Source of the DNA: Callorhinchus milii
Taxonomy: Eukaryota
Direction of reading: 5' to 3'
Assembly: GCF_018977255.1 (NCBI RefSeq)
Contig: NW_024704742.1
Coordinates: forward strand, 20,338,001-20,402,000
Length of the DNA stretch: 64,000 nt
Position numbers and translations under genes: made by a program. The notes beneath the pieces were generated by a model, which had not been told where the DNA came from, did no database searches, and was given only the letters and a program-made list of their open reading frames with translations. Below, in pieces: positions 52,053 to 64,000 of the stretch. Numbering within the stretch: the first letter of the stretch is position 1; the number at the start of each line of letters is the position of its first letter.

Positions 52053-52545
52053 TACATTCCTGTTACAACACTAGAAGACTGGTGCAAATTCTGAAAACTT
52101 TTCCCTATTGCCAACCTCCCCAGTCTCTCCCTCCCTCCCCTTGCACGCACATGTACATGCACACACACTTACATGTGGACATACATATACAAAAATATAT
52201 TCATGCACTGACTGCACGCAACTTGTTCACATGGTTTTCCCAGGATCGGCAGGGAGCTTAGAGGCAGTATGTAGATGTCAGCCTCAGCAACACTCCTCTG
52301 GGCTTCAAGCCTTCAAGATTAAATCAACTGATCAATGGTATTAGCATGTCTGACTGATGTATTTCATCTCCCTTTTGTTTTATTCTTACAACAAGGCTCG
52401 GAGTTAGATCAGATTCTTTTGAAACAGTCAACGTATAAAGATCTATGAAGAGAACAATCTCTGTTCTCAGCTATGATTCTTCCAATTTATACTTGAAAAG
52501 AGCAACACAAAACACCCTTTTATTGATTCCATTCTCATAGATTCA

Positions 52546-52797
<252 letters not shown>

Positions 52798-52902
52798 CTA
52801 AATCACCAGCTTAAGAATAAAAACTGAATGGCTGCAAAATGTCTCCTAATATTCAACAGGTTTTATAATGATATATTTTATGGCAAAACGATAATAATTC
52901 TT

Positions 52903-53440
52903 ACAACAATAACAGCTTGCATTTATATACAGCCCCTTCATAATGCACTTGGAGCAAGGGAGGAGGTGGAGGGCAGAGGGATCTGTATTTGCAGCCGGAG
53001 AAGTAGATTTTCAGGTGGGATTTGAAGATAGCTAGAAAGGTAGAGTGAAGGAGGGAGGGAGCGAGGGAGTTCCAGGGGATAGGGGAGGGCCAACTGTTGG
53101 TCAGAAGCTGTGTGAGGAAGGGGTCAATAGAGCAGACAGTAGGTTTCACGTGGGTGATTAGGGTGGAGTGGGATGAGGGAGAAATGGGGGGAAAAGGTAG
53201 GTCAATGGGGGAAAAGGTAGGTCAATGGTGGAAGGCAGAGAGAGAGGGGTGTGGTGCAATGAAGGCAAGAGGAGTGAGGTGCATCAGACAGATTTTATTG
53301 ATCATTATCACAAGTAAGTCCATGACCCATTTCAAATCAGAGGTGAAGATGGAGGGGACGGATGAACGTGGGTGGAGATGAGATGGTGGAGATGATTAAT
53401 GTTGGAGAATAGGAGGAATTGTTTTTGTATGTTTGTGACA
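52903..53440 (-). mobile_element. Decayed L2 fragments with a 20-bp tandem duplication (53186-53228)
   Basis: Tail aacaataacagcttgcatttatatac, G-rich L2 antisense sequence, (aatgggggaaaaggtaggtc)x2. Confidence 0.6.
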
Positions 53441-53799
53441 ACTACAGTATTACAAACTGTAGAACTGCTTAAGGACAATTCAGATCTGAGAACTTCATTT
53501 TTTNCTGACACACACTCCAGACATGATCCTTGATGTACTGCTTCTCATGCATTTCTTTAAGGTTCTGTTCTATGTACTGTCCTCTTCAGTCCTTTTACTG
53601 TCAGTCTTTATGCTGCAAGGAATATTTTGTTCTGAGCGTCAGGCACCCAACATAAAACAATGGGATTTCCGCAGGGATTTTTTCTTTAATGTTTTCACTT
53701 CCAGCATTATAATATTAGGTTGTCTTACTTCACTACATTTTATCAGCAAATTGATGATATAAGATATATAAGTTTCATCACTAATGATAATCCAATACA

Positions 53800-54079
53800 G
53801 TCCTGTGGGTGCGTTACATTGTGCCGTCTTTTGGATGAGATGTCAACGGAGGTCCTTTCTGCCAGTTCAGGTGGACATTAAAAGATCTTGTGGCAATCAA
53901 AAAAAAATTTGGTCACTCAATCCACAACTGTTTATGGACACTTGTACTTAATTGGCTGCCGTGTATCAGCCACAAAATATACAGTCAATTCACTTTACAG
54001 TATATTCTGTGAAGCACTTTGAGACGTCTCGAAGATGTGATAAGGTGTTATATCAAATGCAAGGTTTATTATTATTATT
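53800..54079 (+). mobile_element. SINE (Deu body fragment joined to a young SINE tail)
   Basis: gccgtcttttggatgagatg..ttcaggtggacatta, then ccacaaaatatacagtcaattcactttacagtatattctgtgaagc..(tta)n. Confidence 0.8.
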
Positions 54080-54464
54080 TGAAAAGAGAAGGGAATTTCA
54101 TATTGTATTACAGTGTATGCCTTTTAACAGTGTGGATGAGATTTTCCTCCAGTACGTGATGAACACATCTGCATACATCTAAAATCCAATGAGCCTTCAT
54201 TTATCCACTGAAATAGAATGCCCTTCATTCATGAGTATGTCCTGCTCAGTTTTTTTCAAAGCAAGTTGAAACTGTCTTGAACCATTTTCATACATGTGGA
54301 ATTCATGTGAGGCAGGGATGTGAGAGGAGGCATTCTTAGATTAAATAACATATGGGGAGAAGAGCAATTATTTTGAATCAAACAGCTTGTTATGTGTGAT
54401 AAAACATTTTTACATTTCACTATTCCACCTGTGCAAATTATGGAACTAAAAATTTATTAGGGTG

Positions 54465-54875
54465 ACAGCCTTGATCAGGTGGCAGCACTCTTGTCTCTGA
54501 GTCTGAAGGTAACGTGTTCAAGCTCTATATTGGGATGTTGGATTCACATAATCTAGACTGGGGAAGCACTGCATTGTTGGAGGTGCCATCCTTCAGATGA
54601 GACATTAAATAAGGGTCCTGTCTGCCTGTTCAGGTGAATGGTAAAGATCCCATGGCAATACTTGGAAAGAGAAACAAATTCTCCCCATGTCTAACAATTC
54701 CCCAAATAAAATTGATCATGGCAATTTGTGGGACTCTGCTGCATGCAAATTGACTGCTGTGTTTGCCTACAAAACGAAATAGTCACTATACATCACAATA
54801 AAATCCTGTGAAGTGCTTTGAGATGCCTTGACAATGGAATAAGATGCTACATCAAATGTATGGATTATTATTGTT
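54465..54875 (+). mobile_element. Full-length Deu-domain SINE
   Basis: Head, Deu body and tail are all present. Confidence 0.85.
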
Positions 54876-56094
54876 GGAAACTCTTGCCAAAGAGACTTCC
54901 AACAACATTAAAAACTCTAGGGGCATTTGACAGTACTGGCCCATCCTTGTAATATTGTTGCACACTTTTAATTGTTCATAATTTTAACGTGAACCAAATA
55001 CTTCAACACATTGTATTATTGTAATGAAACAGTTAAAACCAAATGCGGTAGCTCTAGTGCAGTGTGGGGTTCTCAAAGGGACACAGAGTCAAACTTCAAT
55101 TGTCATTTCCTTCCAATGAGCCTTCAATTGGTCTCCTAGCAATGCAGCACTGTGTTTGGTCAGGGGCAAGGGGGAAAATCAACAAAGTCCCACCACGTTT
55201 TGTGAAAGTGCGTATTCTGCCAGCAAATTCTGGCCTGGTATTCATCGCAAGCAGGCGCTCGGGCAGTCTTGAATGAAAGTGATATCAAGAGAGGAGGTGA
55301 CTCCAATGAGCATCTAACAAAAGAGACAATAAGGTAAAAAATATCTAATGTTGAAACTGAAAAAAATATCCATATAGTGCAGCGGTCACAGAAAACACTT
55401 TTGATTTGCTGCTCTGCAAGAGGCGAAGGATACTGTGCACGGTTCAACTATGGAGACTTAACAATGATACAGAGAGGGCAGCATTGTCAGGCTTCAAAGA
55501 CAAGTTCCCATTGTCACCAGAACAACGTTTCAGTAAATACTTCAGGAAGAGTTTCTATGTTCAAATACACTTGATTATTCGAAACCTGGAGCAAAACAAA
55601 GAACTGCGTCTCCAATGAAATGGAAGCTGTCCAGGTGAAATAGAAAAATAATTCTCTTATCTGCTTGGAGTACAATTGGCACAGGAATAGAGTTCCAGGT
55701 TTTGTTACAGATAATGTTGCTTTACATCAAAAATACTAAGATAGTGTTCCTTTGGGGAGAGAGTCTGGATTCCATTCTAGGTATGGGAATTTCTATAAAT
55801 GGTTGGGGTGCATGAAACTCTCAGTCCAGTTTGAATACTTTTAAGCATGGTGATGGGCTTCTGCAAGTATTAGACACCTGGCTGATAAAACATGATAGTT
55901 CCAATTTTTCTGGATTACAAATACGAGACCCCCACAAATGTCAAACTGAGAGACTTCATGTGGCAAAACCAGGTTGCCCATAAACCCTTTCAGCACTTAC
56001 AAATTAGCAACCCAAAGCTAGCATCAAGAGCAAGCTGGCTCCTGTAGATTTAGACTCAGTTTCCATCAACAATAATAATTTATAATAATAATAA

Positions 56095-56312
56095 TCATAA
56101 TCCTTGCATTTGATATAGCGCTTTTTACATTTTTGAGATGGCTCAATGCGCTTCACAGAATATACTGTAAAGTGAATTGACTATTTGTATATGCATATTG
56201 TATATACGTATATTTGTATATTTGTGGGTGAAACGTGGCAACCAATTGCGCACAAGAGTGTTCCACAAACAGTCGTGGATTGAAGTGACCAATTTATTAT
56301 CATTTTTTTTCT
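56095..56312 (-). mobile_element. tRNA-derived SINE 3' half with an internal AT-rich expansion
   Basis: aatccttgcatttgatatagcgc..cacagaatatactgtaaagtgaattgact..accaattgcgcac. Confidence 0.85.
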
Positions 56313-57178
56313 TGAAGGTTCTGTCTAATTTACATTACATAGAGTCTTCACGTTGGGAGGATTTTACACAACTGACCAGAAGCCCAAATTGAGAGGGAGA
56401 GGGGCATTAAAGAGGGGATGGGAAAGTTGTCCGAAAGTCCTGAAATACTATACACACATCTACACACACACAACCACTACATATGCTGGATTTGTACTGC
56501 TGGAGCAATTCATTACCCCTTCCAGCAGTAAAGCATTTGGAATGGCAAACACCACTTCTATTCTCTACTCTGAAATCGTATTTGCTGAGGGCTTGGGGGG
56601 AGCTGCGCTAACTGGTCCCGAATATTGCTATTCTAATGTTATAAATGAGTCAGTATGTGACCTGCTCTATAATAATATCGAAAACCTTAAGGGGGATGAG
56701 GAATTGTTTCAAATTTTAAAACTCTTTTGGAATCTCTTGCAGTGCAAACCCGATTTACACTCCATTGAATGCAATAATTTGATTCCTGGTTTTGGGATTA
56801 GGACAGAGAATCAAATTGATGCTTCCGAAACCTTGTAGCACTGAATCAATGCTAACTGTGCAGCTAAAATAGGATATTTTGGGATTTTTTGGGACGTCCT
56901 CCCAACGTGAAAGGCACTGTACAATTGCAATTTATTTTATAAATTGTTGGTGTTAACCTGAACAGTGAGGTCAAAGTATTAATATGTTGGAACTTATCTT
57001 AAAAGGACCAATTATTTCTGTGTGACAAAATGATATCATGTAGATTTGCACTTGTCTACGATTTTATAAAATGATACATTGCTATTCTGTCTCATCTTCC
57101 TTCTCAGGCAAATAAAACATTTCTCTGGGTAAACATTATCAGTTCAGGAATTTCATGTTCCTTTAACAGTTCTGGTTA

Positions 57179-57464
57179 TCTACACAAATAAAGACGAGAT
57201 GTCTGTGTTTCTGTCTGTTCGCCAAGAATGCAATAACCGATTGACATAGAGACATGATTTATACCTCATCGGAAAGGTCTTGCATGGGGGAAGCTCCTAT
57301 CGTTGATGAGCTATGACTTAAACAAGCTCATCAAAACATGTATGGCAGTTTTGCTTAAGGTGTACACACAGTGTTTATGGCATGGTTTCTGAGTGGTATC
57401 ACTGAAATCTACATTCCATACTGGGTCCTTTGGTTGCAAGCGTAGCTGCAATGGGTACAGCTAG
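57179..57464 (+). mobile_element. Non-autonomous Helitron (rolling-circle) element, 286 bp
   Basis: a|TCTACACAAATAAAG 5' end followed by a tgtctg microsatellite-like tract; hairpin TTGC-a-AGC-gta-GCT-GCAA at 57434-57451, 9 nt before CTAG|t; no target duplication. Confidence 0.7.
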
Positions 57465-59049
57465 TTATTATTTATAAAATGCAATTGTTATGCATATGAA
57501 AGGTGATCTGTTTCACTTTGAGGCTTCCTATTCTATATACGTCTGCTCTTTGGGATATTAAATAAAGAAAATTGTTCTGCCTGAATTATTTTTTGAGTTT
57601 CAGAATTTGCTGATATATATTCCACACAACTCTCATTTTAGGCTTTTCAATTTAAATCAATTTGCAAACACATTAGAGCTGCACAAAGAAGTAGACTTGG
57701 CATAAATAACTAAATACCAGGAAGTCTGTTAAACAGAAAAGTGTAATTTCTGAACATATGTCTGTTTACCTTGGACAACATTCCATCGAACACCCCTCAA
57801 AGTCCCTGCTGCTTCAACAATTCGGTTCAAATGGAGTTCATAACAAACAAAAGCAAATGACCCAAAACACAAGTTTATTTACTTAGTTTGCAGAAAAGGC
57901 CACATGCTATGCCATCAGGTCATTTTATTAGATGTGGCACACGGCGCTGAACCTGATGTCAACACATTGTGAAGCTACACTGCTGGCCTGACTTCACATC
58001 ATCACATTCAATTTTATAAAAAGCTCCAGCAAGATTGAAGAGAGAATAAACAAAAGGTGTGGATAACAGCTGGCTGCCCTGATCTTTATCACCAATTAAT
58101 TCAACGAATAAGACATTGGCTTTCCATATGTTAGAATTATGGAAAATGCACCACAACAGGGGGCTCATTGAGACAATGCTGGTTCCAGCATCTATACTGA
58201 ATTTAATCCCAATTTCATTTAGAATCGCAGATTTGGATTGGATATTTTATTAGCAAAATGTATCATGTAGTCTGCTGATGTACTTAATGGCATGGCCTAG
58301 GGATTTGTGCTGGGGCCTTTTTGTTTTAATCTATATTAAAAATTAGGCATAAGATATTCAAAGTTTTAAATGAGTTCTGACTTCATAATATATCTAAAGC
58401 ATCGGTGCCCAAACCTCATGGCCGGTCCACAAAATAAATATTCTTGATTGAATGTAATCAAAGGTTCTATACAAATGTAATTTTTGTAATTTTGTAATTG
58501 TATTTATTCAAATGGGATTACTCACTTTAAGCTCAGGCTATCGTGGCTCTTACATTCATTACATTCATCTGGATGGAATCGGTGTCTGGGGCTGCTGATG
58601 AGTTTGTTTATTTGCCTGGATCAGACATGTAATTTGGATTTTGGTAGTTACAAAGGTAATTTTGTAGGTTTTTTAAGTAATTATTCTATGCCTCTCGAAT
58701 AAGGACGGATCCGCTATTAGAAACATGAAAAAGTTCAATTCAGTCAGTCCAGTCTGACCATCTTTAATATATGAATTTCAGCAATTTTTGCCTGTGCTTA
58801 AAGTATGATAGAATCAAGCATTGGATATTTCTTGGCACAGTGTCACACCAACTGTACTGTCAGAATAATCAAAGCAGCTTCATCAAGCACAACCACCAAG
58901 TATGGAGAAATTCATTTTCTGCCAGCATGGATGATAGATTCAATTTCCTTCAAGTACTTCAGAATAGGCTAAAGTTGCATTTATCTTCCTTAATGTGTCA
59001 CTGAGCTGGGTGAACTTCAATACATCAATTCCTTTGAAAATCACTTACA

Positions 59050-59135
59050 CCATTTCCCTCCTTCCTTTCTCTTTTCCCTTCCTTTCTCTCTCCGTCCCCC
59101 TCCATCCTTTCTTCCTCCTTCTCCTTTCTCTTTTG
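59050..59135. repeat. CT-rich low-complexity tract
   Basis: Near-pure pyrimidine run on the + strand. Confidence 0.8.
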
Positions 59136-59494
59136 TGTCTTTCTTGTGGTGTTGGGTAGAGGAGATCAGATCACAACACTTTTACACAACTGAAACTAAA
59201 TTTACACTGTTAGCTGATGGTCACAGCAAATGTAAAAACACATCATATGGGGGGGGGGTGCTGAAATTATCGAGTATCTCTCAACACTTCCAATTTTTCC
59301 ATTTTGCTCTAAGCCATTTTCCTTTTTTTCTCTGAAAACAAATATCGGTGCCTCTGAAGGTTTCAATTTAAAAACTCTTATCACAAACCGTTTGGAGCAG
59401 AGGCAGTTTCCTTCTGCACACTCAATCCATTTAGGTATTCTTAGCTGTGGATTGTTTGCATGAAAGAAGCTATATATTGTTAGTATGGGCTCAG

Positions 59495-59820
59495 GGTTCT
59501 TCCTGTGAAACATAGTCTAAGATGACACTCCAGTGCAGTACAGGGTGTATGTTGCATTGTCGGAGGTGCCATCCTTCAGTCGAGACGTTAAACCAAGGTC
59601 CTGTCTACCTGTTCAGGTGGATGTTAAAGATCTCATGGCACTATTCGAAAAGAGAAGGAAGTTTCTCCCAGTGTCCTGACCAACAACCCCCAAATAAATT
59701 TGGTCACTCCATGGCTGTTTGTAGGACATTGCTGTGTGCAACTGTATATCATGTGAAGCGCTTTGAGACATCCCAGTGACATGATAAGGCATTATATCAA
59801 ATGCAAGGATTATTATTATC
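59495..59820 (+). mobile_element. Deu-domain SINE
   Basis: gtcggaggtgccatccttcag..gagacgttaaaccaaggtcctgtctacctgttcaggtggatgttaaagatctcatggcactattcg and tail. Confidence 0.85.
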
Positions 59821-60773
59821 CCTCTAAGGTTATCTTGTGACATTTCCAACAGCAGGATTCATTGTTTCAGCAATTACTTTTATACTTTTATTCTTTGTAG
59901 TCATTTCTACAGGGCCTGGTTTGGTTCTGGCTCACACAGGAAGAGCAGGAATTGCACAGATATGACCCTGACCTCCTTTCAGGCAAAGCTGGAATAGTTT
60001 TCCGAAAAATCTCTGCTCCTTTGCTGACTTGATGGGAGCTTTTCAGGCAGCATTATCCAAATGCCTTGCAGGGTAAACATTTTTAAAAAAAACTTGAGAT
60101 GAAAATGTTTTGGACAAGTGGAAAGATTTCTGAGCCCTTAGAGTAACACGTGAGAAAACAGGTTCCCATTATCTCAGCTGTTATATATGCAATAATAACT
60201 CAGCAGAACGAACAGGGATGTTAAGCATTAAACTGCTTCGTTATTTAACATCATACAAACAGAGGGAAAACAAAGTTATGTTCTCCAGGGAGTCCCATGT
60301 CTGGAATGAGTAAGATTTAACAGTAAGCAATTTGCCCCAAGGTTTCTAAAGTCTCTCGGAGTGATGAGTTGAGGAGGCAATATGTTAAGCATACACCTGA
60401 AGGATCCTCATGGTGATTTATTCATTATATAAATTTGGTGCAGCTCTTCTGTGCAGTGCCCAGTAGTGCAAATTGATTCTAGCTGTGGTACAAATACTCC
60501 CTTAAATAGAACACCAAATAATCTTCAAGGAACGTTGTATTTAAGAGCTAGCCATAAATGGGGATTTTTAGTAACATTAAAAGTAACAACCCATTTTGGA
60601 GATCTGTTTAATATTTGGATTTTTTTTATAAAGCAGTGAAAAAGGGGAAACATCAATCAAGCTCCTGCTATACTGTTAGACGTGGAAGTATCCATTCACT
60701 TCCAGCAATATAAGCAGGATATTAGTTAACATTGTTCATACATCAGGCAAAAATGAATGTCTTAAACTTGCAT

Positions 60774-61165
60774 CCTGGCTCAGATTGTAACATTTTTGCA
60801 CCAGGGTCAGAAAGTTATTGACTTAACCCTTATATCAGGACTTTAAAATCATAATCAAGGCTGACACTCCAGTGCAGTGCTGGGAAATTCTACATTGTCA
60901 GAGGTGCCGTCCTTTGGATGAGACATTAACTAGAGGTCCAATCTATCTATTCATGTAGACGTTATATCACTGAAAAGACAAGGAAGTTTCTTCTGGTTGT
61001 CCTGGGAAAATATTCCCCCCAAATAAAATCTGGTCATTTATTTCTTGTTTGGGACATTGCTGTGAGCAGAATGGCTAACACGTTTGCCCACAGATACTGC
61101 CGCTATACTTTACAGAAACATCATCTCTAGATTACAGGTGCTATATCAAGCGCAAAGATTATTAC
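60774..61165 (+). mobile_element. Deu-domain SINE
   Basis: cctggctcagattg head, gctgacactccagtgcagtgctggg body, tail. Confidence 0.8.
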
Positions 61166-63057
61166 CATTGTTGAACTTCGGTACTTCGTAGTTGTATATA
61201 GTGATGCATTTTATTAACTCCCTTGCAATGCTTATCAGAGGAGAGGGTATATCAAATCAGCAAGGGATCACTCAAATATTCAAGAGAGGAAAACAATTCC
61301 ACATTATGTTTGCAAGGTGAAAATGTGGTAGCAGTGCTGTAATTTCATCATCAACCGAGATTAATACTTCACCAGCATCAGTGATCAACAAAAGATAGGA
61401 ACACGTGTCTGAACCTATATGCTTCACCTAAGAGAGAATAAGCATACACACACACACAGATGGCTGAGTGACTAGATGAACATCTAACCACGGAGAAAAG
61501 ACAAACAGGAATCCTACAGAAAATGGTTGAGTCATCAAAACAAAGTTGACCTTGGGGAACTGGAGCCAGAGGAAATATCAAAGGGTGACAGGCATCCCAG
61601 GTGTCAAGGGACTCCAGCAACACAGTTTATACAAAGCATCTTGTATTTGTTGTTAATCCATCACCAAGCCTGAAATTGAAGCTGGCCCATTGACTAGTTA
61701 TTTTTTGCATACTGCCGAAAAAACAGCGTCCAAACTGAAACTTAATTAATAAGTTTTCCAAAATTCTATAAGGTCTTAAATTTTATGCAAAGATTTGAGG
61801 ATTAAGACTGAAAGAAGCATGTAAGAACTTCAATTGAACCACAATCCAGCTGAAAAATATGGGATGTAGGCTGAGAAATTGCAAATGAAGATTAAAGATG
61901 CCAATGCTTTTCTGTTCAACAGATCAACAGGGGTGGGCACGTGATCGCTTTAAACAGCACTGGTTGAACAAGAACTAAAACACAATGTAGAAGCATACCT
62001 GAATGAAAATTTCATTGTGGTGGTGGTGGGGGATGAATGAATGCTGAACATCAGTCTGCAGGGAGCTTTGTTGTTCATAGATATTTGCTGGCACATATAG
62101 ATATTGCATTTATCTACATAATTTTCAATTAATTTCTGATTAATCTCATTCTTCTGTAAGGCACTTTGAGACTTTTTTTAACATGAAAGGAAGTATATAA
62201 ATGTAAATTGTGGTTGAGTGATGGGATTCATAAACGTTTTATGTTCATGGACAACTTCCTGCTACATAGCTAAGCTCCTGAAATCGTCAAACCATCTGCT
62301 TCAATTGATACAACATTTGGAGATTTTCCCAGTTAATATGTTAATCAAAAGAAAACAAGAGGCTATTCCCCTCTGGAAAATTTTTCTATTTGCAATTGAT
62401 CCTCCCCAGAACTTTCCTCACAACTTTTCTCATTATTAAATTATTATAGCTCCAAGGTTTGCTCTACTAAAGTCATTGCACAGTTGCATTATTATTAGCT
62501 TTTACCTTAATTATATCAAATCTAACCTCAGTATACAGTGATTGCCAGAACCCAAATATTCTATAGCCCTGTACAGTTTTGAATCCAGGATAGGAAAATA
62601 CAATGAATGTTTTATCTTTTAAGTGAGAGTTTCGGCTGTCCCCTTCCATTATATACTAAAAAGGAAGTTAACTTAATTTTACAGGCATCAAGTCAGTACT
62701 GAGAAATATGCAGGAATGTTATATAGATACGAGCATTTTGGTACAAAAATTACATTGAATTCAACATTGTTTTTTCAACAGACTCTGAAAGACTCAGGAA
62801 TAGGATTATAATGGTAGGTACTTTGATGGTGATTATTTTTTTGTCAGCCAGGTGACAAAAAATGCAGAAACCAATCACCATGCAATCAGGGTTGTTGCTT
62901 TTTAAAGCACAGACTAAAGAGCACAGAGCAGTATGGAGAATCCAGGCCTTGTAAACGAAAATGACCCATAATGTGATTTACTGTAGAAACAATAGTGATT
63001 TACTAAAAACCTTGCTATCATAAAGAACACAATCTGGTAACTCAAAACTGGTTTGTG

Positions 63058-63498
63058 TTAGCCTGGCTGACTAGTAGCATTCTCGCCTGAGTGGGAAGGT
63101 TGTGGGTTCAAGCTTTACACTGGGACATGGAACCACATAGTCTAAGCTGACACTCCAATGCAGTGTTGGGGCTCCAATGTGTTGCATTATCAGAGGTGAC
63201 ATCCTTCAGTTGATACTTTAAACCGAAATCCCGTCTGCTTGTTCAGGTAGACATTAAAGATCCCATGCTGCTATTTGAAAAGAGAAGGGAGTTTCTCCCG
63301 GAATCCTAGACAACAATACCCCAAATAAAATTGGTGACTCATTCTATGGCTTTTTGTAAGACATTGCTGTCTGTAACCCGGTACCGCCCTTTGCCCATAA
63401 AATATACAGTCAATCCATTTTATAGTATATCCTATGAAGTGCTTGGGGAGATCTTGACAACCTGATAAGGCGCTATATCGAAAGCAAGGATTATTATT
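63058..63498 (+). mobile_element. Full-length Deu-domain SINE
   Basis: gcctggctga..ggaaggttgtgggttcaagc head, Deu body, aaggcgctatatcgaaagcaaggattatta tail. Confidence 0.85.
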
Positions 63499-64000
63499 CA
63501 TTAAAGTTCCTATGATACAGCCCATTAACTTCAATGTGGTCACTGGAAATGCAGCTGACATTACCTCAGTAGCACGTTACTTCAACAGCGATAGAAAAAA
63601 ACACAAAGTGCAAAAGGTAACGGTATTTTTTCTTGTAAAGCTTTTCATCATTATATGCATGGACGTATTAAAACTGCTTGGTGAATTTAATGCAATAATC
63701 CAGTCCTGGTGTTCAAATGAACAGTATAAACTCCTTAAGCTTCTCAGGTGCTTTACAATGTCATCTGGACATTCGATTATGCTTCTTGTGATTCATAATC
63801 CTCTAACTACTCAGGAACTATCTACTGTTGTACTTTCAGTAAATAATACTTTCAATCTGTAATGTTTTCAAATATTCAAATAGGAAATATTTCATTCCAT
63901 CACATTGTGTTATCTGAAATCAGCATTCAGTACGGCTACATGGAAATTGCAATAATGTATATAGTACAATGAATTCTGGGGAGAATTGTAATTTTAGGAT

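Noticed and set aside
56353..56838. 161-aa ORF
   Set aside because: Starts within an L2 remnant, has no recognisable domain or splice context, and is antisense to the host gene.

Overview
Eukaryotic (vertebrate) genomic DNA, AT-rich and dense in repeats. The repeat families (L2 and CR1 LINEs, Deu-domain tRNA-SINEs, LF-SINE-like copies, Penelope-type palindromes) suggest a cartilaginous fish, possibly a chimaera or elephant shark; this is an inference. The window appears to lie inside one minus-strand gene, follistatin-like 5 (FSTL5). Two coding exons are visible, 52555-52751 (197 nt) and 44059-44179 (121 nt), and together they encode the EF-hand pair. I found no other exon by eye, so the rest is treated as intron. 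Almost all ORFs in the supplied track are spurious or LINE-derived. No clearly new multi-gene system is supported. The best leads are: (i) the two exons form a 318-nt phase-symmetric cassette that would be a stop-free circular ORF if back-spliced; (ii) Penelope-type hammerhead ribozyme cores on the pre-mRNA strand; (iii) a non-autonomous Helitron; (iv) locally templated inverted insertions; (v) a SINE flanked by a ~135-bp duplication; (vi) tandem SOX-OCT composite motifs in unique intronic DNA. Repeat boundaries are approximate and family names come from recalled consensus features, not a database search.
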